Shown: in pieces, positions 14,624-25,517 of the stretch | Position numbering within the stretch: position 1 is the first letter of the stretch | How the letters are laid out: the number at the start of each line of letters is the position of its first letter | Source: a virus | Taxonomy: Duplodnaviria; Caudoviricetes | IMG/VR virus record: IMGVR_UViG_3300045586_000026 | Span: 1-56,797 of that record | Length of the DNA: 56,797 nucleotides | Direction: 5' to 3' (one strand) | Notes under the pieces: generated by a model | The model's input: the letters and a program-made list of their open reading frames with translations, nothing else | Databases searched by the model: none | Told to the model about the DNA's origin: nothing | Position numbers and translations under genes: made by a program

Positions 14624-17600
14624 ATGGCAATATCAAAAAAATTATCGCAATTAGCCAGTTTAACAACAGTTAACGGCACTGCTGTTACCATTGCCGGAAC
14701 TCTAAATGTTCCACTCGCCGATAGTCCAACGTTTACTGGAACTGTATCAGGCGTGACTAAGGCGATGGTGGGTCTTCCAAATGTAGAAGACAAGAATTCA
14801 TCGACTATACGTAGTGAGTTAAGTCATAGCAACGTATCAACTGCGTTGGGATTCACTCCGTATAACGCTACTAATCCCAATGGTTATACCACCAACGTTG
14901 GTACGCTCACTGCAGTCACAGCAACTGGACCTATTGCATCGACAGGTGGTACGACTCCAGTCATCAGTATGCCAGCTGCGACTACTGCAGTTGATGGTCA
15001 CCTTACAGCTGCCGACTGGACGATCTTCAACAATAAACAAGCTGCTGGTACATATGCTACCGGAACAGGTAGCGCCGCTGGTACGAATACCGGCGATAAC
15101 GCGGTCAACTCGCTATATTCTGGTTTAGTAACTAACGCTACTCACACCGGTGATGTGACTGGTAGCACTGCACTAACACTTGCGACTGTCAATACTAACG
15201 TTGGTCAATTTGGTTCTACCACGGCAATCCCAGTCGTTACAGTCAACGGTAAGGGATTGATCACTGCGATATCCACCACATCGATAACTGTACCTACAGC
15301 GGTGAGTCAATTGAGTAATGACTCTAGTTTTGCTACCACGACATACGTCGGTACCGCAATAGCAAATCTGGTCGCTTCATCACCAGCAGCATTGGATACT
15401 CTAAATGAACTGGCTGCAGCGCTTGGCAATGATGCTAGCTTCGCTGCCACGACTGCAACGAACCTAGGCCTTAAGGCTCTAAAGACAACCACGATTAGTG
15501 CTGGAGCTGGATTGACCGGCGGCGGTGATCTGGGCGCTGACAGAACGCTTGCATTAGCTGCATCGGGTGTGACTGCTGGAACTTATAACAACGTCACTGT
15601 CGATACGTATGGACGTGCTACATCTGGTTCTAACGTAGCGTACATTACTGGGTACACTGAAGTAGATACGTTGGCGACTGTGACAGCACGAGGTTCGCAA
15701 GCTAGTGCAAGTATTACAATTGGTTCTAATGGAACTTACGCAGCTGGTTCTATTTACTCTGATTCCAATTGGGGTATGTTATTCAGAGCTAGACAAGCTT
15801 CTCCAGCTAGTAAAGAGTTCATGTGGTCTACAAGTACAGACACAAACTTAATGACTCTTTCGACGGCTGGTGCACTTAATGCCATTGGCGCGATCACTGG
15901 CTCTAATTTGTCAGGCACAAACACTGGTGATAATCCAGGTGTTACATCAGTCGCTGGCGTTACACCAATCGTATCATCTGGTGGTACTACACCTTCAATA
16001 TCACATGCTACGTCTGGCGCGACGGCTGGTACATATAATAACGTCACCGTTGATACGTTTGGTCATGTCACCAGTGGTTCTAATACAGCGTACATTACTG
16101 GGTATAGCGAAACGGATACATTAGCGACTGTTACAGCTCGTGGAGCCACTACATCGACTGCGTCTACATTCAGTGGTGGCATCACTGGTGCTATTAATGG
16201 TATGCCTAACGACGGTAATGGACTTAGTGGTATGGGCGTATCCACGACATGGGATGCTAGACCTCAAGGCGTTTATGATCGATATTCTTTAAACTGGCAC
16301 ACTGGCATATCATTGAGTGGGTATCCTGGGTATGGTGGTGTTCGTTTATACGCTTCTGGATACCCTTCTATAACTACTTCAACATTGCGTTTAGAAGCGT
16401 CCGATGCTGTTTACACTTATGGTGTATTGTATAACAATGGTAATACCGTACTGCACGCCGCTAACTACAATTCATACTCACCAACGCTAACAGGTGGCGG
16501 AGCGTCAGGTACTTGGGGTATCAATATTACTGGAAGCGCTGCCTCAGCTAGCACCTCTACAAGTGCTAATTGGTCTACATATTCTCAAGTTCAAGATACT
16601 CGCGCTGCACCGGTGTTGCCTAATCAGTATGCCAGTCATCGCACAACATATGAGTTTACAGACCAAATTATTGGCGGTTGGCACTCTGCTATTACAACGG
16701 TGGGATGGGATAGCGGAAGTTACGCAGCTTGGCAGATCATTGGCGGTGCTACAAGTTCTACACATGAAAATTGGTATTTGCGCAGTGGCATAGCCTCATC
16801 CTGGAATCCTCTTCGTACGATCTTACATTCTGGCAACTACAATTCATATTCGCCAACGCTAACCGGTGGAGGAGCGTCAGGCACTTGGGGTATTAATATT
16901 ACTGGAAGTGCCGGTTCTATACCTTGGGCGAATGTAACTGGTGGTGTAAGAACAAATTATGACTTAGGGTTTCAAGCACCAAGTAGCAGCTATGCCGGTT
17001 TTTCTTTTTCTAAAAGTGCTAGCGCTTCAGGCGCATCAGACGCTGGTTATCTTTTAATTCGTGGTACATCAGATAATTTTATTCCATATACCGCAGAAGG
17101 TATCACACTGGTTTCTGATGCGAATAGTTTGAATTTATTTGCTCGTGGAAGTAGCTTAGTCTCCGGCGGTAATGCTTGGGTGCGTATGGGTACGGGTACT
17201 GAAGAAACTTTCCGTTTGATGGGTAATTACTCGTACTCATTAAATTCGTCAAGAGCACCTATCTTCTACGACAGTGACAACACTGCATATTACGTAGATG
17301 CTGCCGGCGAGTCTAGACTAAATTCACTTAGAATATTTGGTGCAGCTAATTGGGATGCTATCACTCTTTCAACTGATGGCGCTAATGGTTATATTCAAGG
17401 GTTAGGCGATGAAACTGGCCTACACATACGATCAGAATACGGCAACGTATATCTTGCTGATAATCGTGGCGATGTTCGTATGCCAATGTTTTACGATGTT
17501 AACGACACTGCATACTATGTAGATCCTAATAGCGGTTCAAATCTTTCTAGTCTGACTGTTGTCAATACTATAACTGGTAGTATCACTGGCACCGCAGCTA

Positions 17601-20600
17601 GTGAAACGCTGGCGACAGTTACTGGACGCGGTGCTAGTACATCGGCTGCAATTTCGTTAAGTGGAACGTTAAGTTTTGCTCAACCAGTTGGACTATCTTT
17701 TGCTAATGGACAGTATATTAAAGATAACGGCGGCGGCGGTTTAGCAATTTATAGCGGTGCTGCTATAAATCTTACTGGCGCCACATCAGTAACTGGTGCA
17801 CTAACAGTTAGCACTACAGTTCAAACAACAGGAAAAGTAGTTATAGGTGGTACTTTTGCGACTACTGGATACAATGGACCTACTGGTGCAAGACTAATGT
17901 TTAGTGGAGCTGACACTGATGCTGAAAGTCATTATTTCATCGGAACAAACCTAGAAAACTATGGTGGTAACTATAACAAATTAGACATACGCTGGCACAC
18001 TGGTATTCGAATGGGTGCTCGACCAAATTATGGTGGTATTCGTTTCTATGATAGCGAGGATTTAGGAACACAGATTTTTGCTATTGGTAAAGATGGGTCG
18101 TACGCTCAGGCAAACCATAGTATGCGTGCACCGATATTCTATGATCATGATGACACTACATACTATGGAGACTTTGCTAGCACTTCTAATCTTCTTGGGC
18201 TGACTGTCACTAATACTATAACTGGTAGCGTTACTGGCACTGCTACTGAACTCTTATCTAAATATCCGTATAATACAAATGTAATTTCGGATGCAAATAC
18301 TGCTTTTACTCTATCGCCGGGAGTGGGTTCTACTACAGTAGCAATGCACGCCTCGCACGGATTGTTTGGAGGATATGCTACAACGCTCACAATGTCTGGA
18401 TATGAGCGATACGGCGCATATCAAATTTCTGGCAATTATAATGCAACAACATCTGCGCTGGCCATGCGCAATTATAATCAAACTGCTGGAGGATGGACTT
18501 CCTGGGTACCCCTTCTTTCAAGCGCAAACTACAATTCATATTCGCCAACATTAACTGGTGGTGGAGCTTCTGGCACTTGGGGTATTAATATCACAGGCAG
18601 TGCTGCAACTGCAACTGACAGCACGAAAGTAGCAAAGACCGGCGATACAATGACTGGCGCGTTAAATATTAGTGCTTCACCAAGTGGAAGAACATTATCT
18701 TTAGGCGGGGATCAGCTAGATCGAGTGATTGACGATTCAGCTCGTTCGAGTCTGGTGATAAACGCAGCGTACTATCCACACTTATACATTAATGCGACAT
18801 CTAACGCATCTAATACTAATCATGGACCAGTTTTCTCAATGTCTGGAGTATTATCGGCAGGTGGGTATAGAAGATGGGGTATGGGTATTGCTAATACTGA
18901 CCCGGATTGTTTCAGTTGGGGTTATTACGATAATAACGTAAATCCTCATTATGGTGTCGGTGGCGTATTTGGTTATACTGGTACTAATTCGAAGATGTGG
19001 CTAAACACTGGTGGTTCTTTGATGACTACTGGTGATATGCGTGCACCAATCTTCTATGATAGCAATGACACTACATACTATGGAGACTTTGCTAGCACTT
19101 CTAATCTATATAATTTGCAAATAACTGGCGCTAGCAACAAGTACTTGTATATTAATCCAGGCAACGGTTACGAAGCAATGGTTAGATACAATGGTGGTGC
19201 TGGTAGTGGATGGTATGCAGGAAAACGAGTTGCCGATCAGTTAGTTAGTCCTTCAGACTTTCACTTTTATTCAGAAGGTGCAGGTAGAACTGTTGGTGGT
19301 ATAACTGCAGCTGGGGCGATAGTCGCGTATGGCTCTGTAGATTCTCCTAAATTTTATAGTACTAATCGTTGGGGCTCTGCTAACTTATCTGACTTATCTA
19401 GTGCTCCATTTGAAGGTGGTGATTTTAGTGCTGGCACAACAGCACAATACGTGCCACTGACACATCAGTCTGCTGTATATAATTCTGGTTATCGCACACA
19501 CGTCAGTACTGGTACATATAAAGATGCTAATGGATGGGGCGCCGGTTGGTACATGGCGATTGGTGGCAGCGATAGTTATCCAACTGAAGCGTTCCAGTTA
19601 AGACACGGTGGCGCAATTAGACATACGAATGGTTATGTTACTATTGAAGGAGATACACGATCACCATTATTCTATGATAGTAACGACACTGCGTATTATT
19701 TAGACGCAGCTGGTACATCTGTATTCAATCGTATAAGCACCGTTCGCACGAATAACTTTTTGTACATGGATAACAACTATGGTCATTCCATTGTTGGAGC
19801 ATACTCTGCGAGTCGCTATCAGGGTGTGTTTGCGATGGGCGATGCATATAAACTTCCAGCCGATGGTACTACAACTGGTAACTTATATGGCTTAGCATGG
19901 AGTCATCCTAATGCAGGTGGTGTTGCCGCTAACTTGAACACTCACGGCTTGCTAGCAATGGAAAACGGTACTTGGCTAGCGTCGTTATGTGGCAGTACTC
20001 GTGCTCGTGACGACATGCGTGCACCGATCTTCTACGATAACAATGACACTGCTTATTATGTAGATCCTAATGCTACTACTAGAATTAGAAAGACTAATTT
20101 AATTGCATCTGGCTCAGGATGGGACGATGGTTTAAACTTATACTCATCAGACGCGACCAATAGATGGAACTTTTTAGTAGATGATGGCGCAGCAGATTCT
20201 TTACGAATTGCGTACAATAACTCTGAAGCATTAACTATTAATACTTCTAGAAACGTAATAGCAGCTGTTGATATTCGTGCACCGATCTTCTACGACAGTG
20301 AAGACACTGGTTATTATTTGAGTCCTAACAGCGAAAGTAATTTAAACAAACTTACATATGCTGCTCAACAACGTTTCAGTGTGAGCTACAGAGCACCTGG
20401 TCGCAGTTCTAATACAAGTGATCAATTCTATTGGACTAACACAGTGGGCTGGGCTCAAGAGCAGGGCAACTGGAGTAATTATTGGAAATATGGATTTGGT
20501 GGATTTGACTGTTGGGGAACTAACACGGACCATCCACAAGGCACCGCATATATTCACGCACAGGGTATTCAATCTGGTATGCACGCCGCAAATGCCGACG

Positions 20601-21145
20601 GCAGTGCTGCATACGGCTGGCAGATGGTTGGAGCTGGTAATGTAAGCAATAACAGATATTGGGCTCGTGGTAAGTGGGACACCACTACAACCGCATGGAA
20701 AGAATTCGCAATGTACGGCGGAGGAGGCACTGGTGATCTACATGCCGCTGCATTCTATGATAGCAACAACACTGCATACTACTTAGATCCAAACACGACA
20801 GGAACATCGTTGAATGTCGCCGGATCTATTGTAGCGGCTGGTAACGTTACTGCATACTCTGACATTAGATTGAAAGAAGACATTGAAGTAATTACCGACG
20901 CCATTGATAAAGTCAAGCAGATAACCGGTGTTACATACACTCGTAAAGAGAATGGCAAGCGTCAGACCGGCGTGATCGCTCAAGATGTTCTTAAGGTTCT
21001 ACCTGAAGCGGTTGAAGGCTCCGATGATTCAATGTATTCGGTAGCGTATGGTAACATGGTTGGTCTACTGATTGAATCCATCAAGGAACAACAAAAGACT
21101 ATCGAATCACTCACTGCTCGCATAGCAGTACTGGAGGCAAAATGA
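14624..21145 (+). CDS. Long tail fibre with C-terminal intramolecular chaperone (peptidase S74)
   Basis: ALDTLNELAAALGND motif, modular repeats, C-terminal YSDIRLKEDI...GVIAQDV...LLIESIKEQ; late promoter at 14588. Confidence 0.92.
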   Translation: MAISKKLSQLASLTTVNGTAVTIAGTLNVPLADSPTFTGTVSGVTKAMVGLPNVEDKNSSTIRSELSHSNVSTALGFTPYNATNPNGYTTNVGTLTAVTATGPIASTGGTTPVISMPAATTAVDGHLTAADWTIFNNKQAAGTYATGTGSAAGTNTGDNAVNSLYSGLVTNATHTGDVTGSTALTLATVNTNVGQFGSTTAIPVVTVNGKGLITAISTTSITVPTAVSQLSNDSSFATTTYVGTAIANLVASSPAALDTLNELAAALGNDASFAATTATNLGLKALKTTTISAGAGLTGGGDLGADRTLALAASGVTAGTYNNVTVDTYGRATSGSNVAYITGYTEVDTLATVTARGSQASASITIGSNGTYAAGSIYSDSNWGMLFRARQASPASKEFMWSTSTDTNLMTLSTAGALNAIGAITGSNLSGTNTGDNPGVTSVAGVTPIVSSGGTTPSISHATSGATAGTYNNVTVDTFGHVTSGSNTAYITGYSETDTLATVTARGATTSTASTFSGGITGAINGMPNDGNGLSGMGVSTTWDARPQGVYDRYSLNWHTGISLSGYPGYGGVRLYASGYPSITTSTLRLEASDAVYTYGVLYNNGNTVLHAANYNSYSPTLTGGGASGTWGINITGSAASASTSTSANWSTYSQVQDTRAAPVLPNQYASHRTTYEFTDQIIGGWHSAITTVGWDSGSYAAWQIIGGATSSTHENWYLRSGIASSWNPLRTILHSGNYNSYSPTLTGGGASGTWGINITGSAGSIPWANVTGGVRTNYDLGFQAPSSSYAGFSFSKSASASGASDAGYLLIRGTSDNFIPYTAEGITLVSDANSLNLFARGSSLVSGGNAWVRMGTGTEETFRLMGNYSYSLNSSRAPIFYDSDNTAYYVDAAGESRLNSLRIFGAANWDAITLSTDGANGYIQGLGDETGLHIRSEYGNVYLADNRGDVRMPMFYDVNDTAYYVDPNSGSNLSSLTVVNTITGSITGTAASETLATVTGRGASTSAAISLSGTLSFAQPVGLSFANGQYIKDNGGGGLAIYSGAAINLTGATSVTGALTVSTTVQTTGKVVIGGTFATTGYNGPTGARLMFSGADTDAESHYFIGTNLENYGGNYNKLDIRWHTGIRMGARPNYGGIRFYDSEDLGTQIFAIGKDGSYAQANHSMRAPIFYDHDDTTYYGDFASTSNLLGLTVTNTITGSVTGTATELLSKYPYNTNVISDANTAFTLSPGVGSTTVAMHASHGLFGGYATTLTMSGYERYGAYQISGNYNATTSALAMRNYNQTAGGWTSWVPLLSSANYNSYSPTLTGGGASGTWGINITGSAATATDSTKVAKTGDTMTGALNISASPSGRTLSLGGDQLDRVIDDSARSSLVINAAYYPHLYINATSNASNTNHGPVFSMSGVLSAGGYRRWGMGIANTDPDCFSWGYYDNNVNPHYGVGGVFGYTGTNSKMWLNTGGSLMTTGDMRAPIFYDSNDTTYYGDFASTSNLYNLQITGASNKYLYINPGNGYEAMVRYNGGAGSGWYAGKRVADQLVSPSDFHFYSEGAGRTVGGITAAGAIVAYGSVDSPKFYSTNRWGSANLSDLSSAPFEGGDFSAGTTAQYVPLTHQSAVYNSGYRTHVSTGTYKDANGWGAGWYMAIGGSDSYPTEAFQLRHGGAIRHTNGYVTIEGDTRSPLFYDSNDTAYYLDAAGTSVFNRISTVRTNNFLYMDNNYGHSIVGAYSASRYQGVFAMGDAYKLPADGTTTGNLYGLAWSHPNAGGVAANLNTHGLLAMENGTWLASLCGSTRARDDMRAPIFYDNNDTAYYVDPNATTRIRKTNLIASGSGWDDGLNLYSSDATNRWNFLVDDGAADSLRIAYNNSEALTINTSRNVIAAVDIRAPIFYDSEDTGYYLSPNSESNLNKLTYAAQQRFSVSYRAPGRSSNTSDQFYWTNTVGWAQEQGNWSNYWKYGFGGFDCWGTNTDHPQGTAYIHAQGIQSGMHAANADGSAAYGWQMVGAGNVSNNRYWARGKWDTTTTAWKEFAMYGGGGTGDLHAAAFYDSNNTAYYLDPNTTGTSLNVAGSIVAAGNVTAYSDIRLKEDIEVITDAIDKVKQITGVTYTRKENGKRQTGVIAQDVLKVLPEAVEGSDDSMYSVAYGNMVGLLIESIKEQQKTIESLTARIAVLEAK

Positions 21146-21294
21146 TGATGATCACAGTAATGATGCAATGGTGGAAGAATGTTCTAGACGACATACTTAA
21201 GCCAAAAGAATAAAAGAGGACCTTCGGGTCCTTTTTTCATATGAGTGTACATTTAATCGCATCTGTGATACAATAGACTCATATAAGGAATCAT

Positions 21295-21486
21295 ATGAAA
21301 TACAGTGTAGCTATCATCGCGGTCTATCATCGTACCGCCAACGAGGTCAAGGAACAGAAGGTGTTCGACACGCTGACCGAGGCGACTCAGTTCGTCAACG
21401 ATTGGAACGCGCTGCAGTTCATTCAGACTCGCACCAACAGCGATCCCATCATCGTCGCTATGAATCCACTTCCCTTTGGAGCTTAA
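21295..21486 (+). CDS. Early hypothetical protein
   Basis: Promoter ~21246-21274 and AAGGA RBS. Confidence 0.75.
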   Translation: MKYSVAIIAVYHRTANEVKEQKVFDTLTEATQFVNDWNALQFIQTRTNSDPIIVAMNPLPFGA

Positions 21487-21651
21487 CATGGCTGAACCTA
21501 ATCCTCTCCCAATAGATAAGCCTAGGTATAGCGTGGGTGTCGCTGCAGATGGTCGTACACAACTTATGATCAATACTGAATATGGTGCAGCCGTCATCAC
21601 TATGAATGCCGATGGTGTGGAACAGATGATACGACTCCTTGAGGCTACGCT

Positions 21652-22107
21652 ATGACTGAGTATCAATTACATAAATCACCTCTCAATCCGTACATTGTCT
21701 TCAATGATGGTACGAACAAGGAGGTGGGTCGCATCAGCTTCCATGATGGTGTCATGACGTTCACAGGTAATGCAGACGAGTCAGCACTGCTCTTCCTCGA
21801 TTGGATTAAGAAGTCCTACGCGAGTGAGTTCCTCAAGTTGACGGATGAGAACTACAAGCTCAAGCGTAAGGTTGACGATCTAGAGATCAGACTAGACAGC
21901 GAGGAGCGTGACAGCGAGGGTAAGACTCGACGTTGGTTCATCGGTGATCGCGTGCTGGTTGGTCCAAATGGTATGATCGCGACAGTGGTCAAGCAACGCT
22001 TACATCACGACGGATCCGAATCGTTCTTTGGTAATGTAGACCTATTGTACGACGACGGCGTGAAGGGTGAGTCGAACTCTTGGCAGTTGAAGGATGCAGA
22101 TGAGTAA
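21652..22107 (+). CDS. Hypothetical protein
   Basis: 151 aa ORF with GAGG RBS. Confidence 0.75.
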   Translation: MTEYQLHKSPLNPYIVFNDGTNKEVGRISFHDGVMTFTGNADESALLFLDWIKKSYASEFLKLTDENYKLKRKVDDLEIRLDSEERDSEGKTRRWFIGDRVLVGPNGMIATVVKQRLHHDGSESFFGNVDLLYDDGVKGESNSWQLKDADE

Positions 22108-22721
22108 GCACCATCCAAGATACCAAGCATGGTTAGATAAAATGGCGGTGACGATACGAAACGAAGTAGATCAAGAGGTGATGATGGCAACGAAACTTGA
22201 AGCATTGAATAAGATATTGCTCGCCATGCTTGGTGATGCTCGCCTCCTCGACATGTGGTGGGACGGACAGAACAAAGCATTCAACTACGCCACACCGCGA
22301 GAGATATATCAAGAGGATCCCGAGAAGGTAATTAGATATGTTATGGAGCACTACCGATGAGCGATGTAGTTGGTTATACGATCACACCGATCATTCAGCC
22401 CGCGGGTTACGTCTACACTCAGGCATTCATCCTTTGCTATAGATGTAAAGGTGCGGTGTCGAGCCACGGTGGACCCATGTACAACGCGATCTGTATTCCT
22501 TGCTTTAACGAGATCAATCATGACCTGTCGCTGTAAGGTATGCCTATACTACGAGGAGTTCAACGATCGTATCGATCTCCTGCCGGTCGAGCATCGAGAG
22601 TTCTTCCGGTCCATGTACGACGACATGGTACACCTGCAGTCCAAACACAATCACCAACGCGCCATCATCAACGGTTCATGGCCCAACGCCGACGAGATAA
22701 TCAAACATAAGAGAAAACATT

Positions 22722-23384
22722 ATGCTCTACATAGTAGCGGGAAACAATAACGAGTATCGTGACTGGGTGTTTTGGCAAACCACGATTCATGTATCGGAGA
22801 CTCGCTACGTGAGTAATGCCGATCAGTTACGCGGCATGTCGTCGATCGAGGGTCGCTTCATTGGTACCTGCTTCGATCGACCCGACATATCACAGATCGT
22901 GAACCACATCAACGTGATACGATCTAGGTCGGCGAAGCCAATCATCAAGATGGAGAGCCTATTCCACTTGACAGCGAATCAAACGACAGTACCGAACTGG
23001 TCACAGAACAACATCCCTGTCGCTAATGGAGGTACCGCTACATCGTACAATAGCACCATGTCAGGTACGACATACGACAACGCCATCTTCGACGAGTCTA
23101 CGATAAACCCCTACATTAGAGTCGCTCCTTCCTATAGCGCATTGACAACCACGACAGGATATGGAACGATCGCTCCAAGCTCCTTCAAGGTCCCGCTATC
23201 TACCAACGTCCACACCACGGCGATCGAGGGTCGCCTCATCCTAAAGGTAGCGAAGAGCTATAAGAGTTACATCACTAATACATACAACGCCACGCACAGT
23301 ACGATAGAATACTACTTCAACGACAAGGACGATGCGGTACACTTCGCGAAGGTATACAATGCCGTAGCATATGAGTACAATTGA
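22722..23384 (+). CDS. Hypothetical protein
   Basis: 220 aa ORF. Confidence 0.7.
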   Translation: MLYIVAGNNNEYRDWVFWQTTIHVSETRYVSNADQLRGMSSIEGRFIGTCFDRPDISQIVNHINVIRSRSAKPIIKMESLFHLTANQTTVPNWSQNNIPVANGGTATSYNSTMSGTTYDNAIFDESTINPYIRVAPSYSALTTTTGYGTIAPSSFKVPLSTNVHTTAIEGRLILKVAKSYKSYITNTYNATHSTIEYYFNDKDDAVHFAKVYNAVAYEYN

Positions 23385-23801
23385 TTACCGATCAGTATTT
23401 AATTGAACTGACCGTACACGATAAACACTTGTAGTATATGAATAGGATATGTACAATAAATCGTTATCCTGTTATAATAGAACCAACCAAGGAACAAACA
23501 CATGCTTAATTCGTCATCGACAATGTACATTCGAATCGTCCCCGCCGATCGCGATCGAGGGTACATGCTGCTAGTCTCGTGGGTCAAGCCAGTGATTCAG
23601 AAGACAGCGACACAGATCACAACGCTCTCCGTAATGACACGAGCTAGCCTCGAAGCCGCTGTCGACTCCGCAACGAAGTCATACAAGCCAGCGAGTGTGG
23701 TCGACGTTACACCTCCCGGCATCCACGCTCAGCTACGTAAGCTCTTCGGCGAGACACATCAATCAGGTATCACATCAACCACACCATAACCAGAGATAAC
23801 A

Positions 23802-24281
23802 ATGCCACATCGCGTAATGCTCTCATCTATGCTACGAATCGTCAGTGTAGCTCACGAACCTTCTGCTCTATACAGTAGAGCAGACGTACTGCATCCGATA
23901 CGGGTCATGACGGCGCTGAAATCATATGACGAGGAGCTGAACTGTATCGCTCTTGGTCATGAGTTGCTGAACAAGACTAGCGTAACTGTAGACGATCTAG
24001 TCATAGCAGGCATGAGCGACCGTGTAATACGCGGCATTATCCTATTCAAAGATGCTCCTACACCTGCTCAGACGCTAGACAACATCTCTTCTACCTATGA
24101 TACGATACGTGTTGCGATGCCATGTCTGCTAGATCGTGGTGCTCTCGCCGATACTGCTAACGTTAGCAGAAAGACTGCTAAGAAAATCGAAGCATATCAT
24201 AGAGCGTACCTGCGTATGGCAGGACTCGTTAATGGAGCGGAGACGTGTAAACTATTGGGTCTTCAGCATCCTTTTTTTTAG
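23802..24281 (+). CDS. Degenerate HD-domain protein, paralog of 31734
   Basis: LHPIRVM..LKSYDEELNCIALGHE vs LHPLKVM..LKSDDEELMCMALGHD. Confidence 0.75.
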   Translation: MPHRVMLSSMLRIVSVAHEPSALYSRADVLHPIRVMTALKSYDEELNCIALGHELLNKTSVTVDDLVIAGMSDRVIRGIILFKDAPTPAQTLDNISSTYDTIRVAMPCLLDRGALADTANVSRKTAKKIEAYHRAYLRMAGLVNGAETCKLLGLQHPFF

Positions 24282-25247
24282 CATTTATAATTGTCAATTA
24301 TATAATATAATACAAAGTTAAAGAAGTCTGACTAAATGACTAGGGAAACGACCAGTCGGCAGCCGCATACGTTAGATTTGCCGCTCTAAGTTGTTGATTC
24401 TAAAGGGTTTTTTATGCCATTTTTGACCGTTTTGCAGCGTCGAAGGGGTTACCAAGGGTAGAATGTGGTTCGGCTGCACGAATCTATAAGAAACTGCATA
24501 AAACAGTGTACAATAAATCGTCTAAATGGTATAATAGACTCATGAACAAACAAACCTACTCCGATATCGCAGCTTCCATCAACGACTTTGCCAACATGTC
24601 CTACGAGGACAAAGGAAGTTTTTCCTACGCCTGTGGAACCTTCCAGTCGATGCTGGCTACTCTGGTTGCAGACCTCCCTAAGCACAAGCAAGCTGAGTTC
24701 ATGAAGACTCTTGAGCAAGCAATGAAGCGTGTAGGTCAAGCAGCATGAACGAACTACAACGTATCGCCGAACTCCTACCGACGGAGCTCTACAGTGACTC
24801 TAAGGACTGGCGCGAGGGATCACTGGTCGAACGTGTGGAGTGGTTGCTGTCTATGTACGAGTCCAGTCGCGAAGACGTGCTGCGCCTAGAACTAGATGTG
24901 GATGACCTGAAGCTGGGTCGCTACTACCCAGCAGAATAACGGTGTACAATAAATCGTCTAAATGGTATAATTGATCTAATCAATCAAACGGACACCAAAT
25001 GATCTCTTATCAACGCCGAATCGAACTAGTCTCTCTTGGTTACTTCATCGAGGACATGGAAGCTGTGTGGGGTTCTGAGTTCGTTGGCCAGTTTCGCTGG
25101 ATGAACGATGTGACTACGGAGTTTCAGGACTGCGACACTTCGTGCTCCATCGAAGAAGCTTGGGTCGATGCAGATTATTTTGCACAAACCTGTGTACATT
25201 AAATCGTCTATTTGATATAATAGATCTATCAAAACAAAGGAACCAGT

Positions 25248-25517
25248 ATGACTTCAGTAGCTCAACTCCACGCAATGGACACAGACACTCTTCGGGCTCT
25301 CAACAAGACCGTTGTTGCCATCCTCAATGCTCGAATCAAAGCCAACCAAGTGCAGGCAGCAGGCAAACTGTCTATTGGACAAGAGGTAAAGTGGACTGGA
25401 CGTAGTGGATTGCCCATGCACGGTGTTGTGACTAAGGTCAAGATCAAGATGGTCGAAGTGAATGCTGGTCCTCACGGCCGCTGGAACGTGTCTGCCACGA
25501 TGCTGAAGGCTGCATAA
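25248..25517 (+). CDS. Early hypothetical protein (SH3/KOW-like C-terminus)
   Basis: LSIGQEVKW...GVVTKVKIKMVEV...WNVSATML. Confidence 0.8.
   Translation: MTSVAQLHAMDTDTLRALNKTVVAILNARIKANQVQAAGKLSIGQEVKWTGRSGLPMHGVVTKVKIKMVEVNAGPHGRWNVSATMLKAA

Noticed and set aside
14624-21145. Tail-fibre repeats as diversity-generating retroelement TR/VR
   Set aside because: Repeats are in-frame coding linkers, I saw no adenine-specific mismatch pattern, and no reverse transcriptase is in the window.
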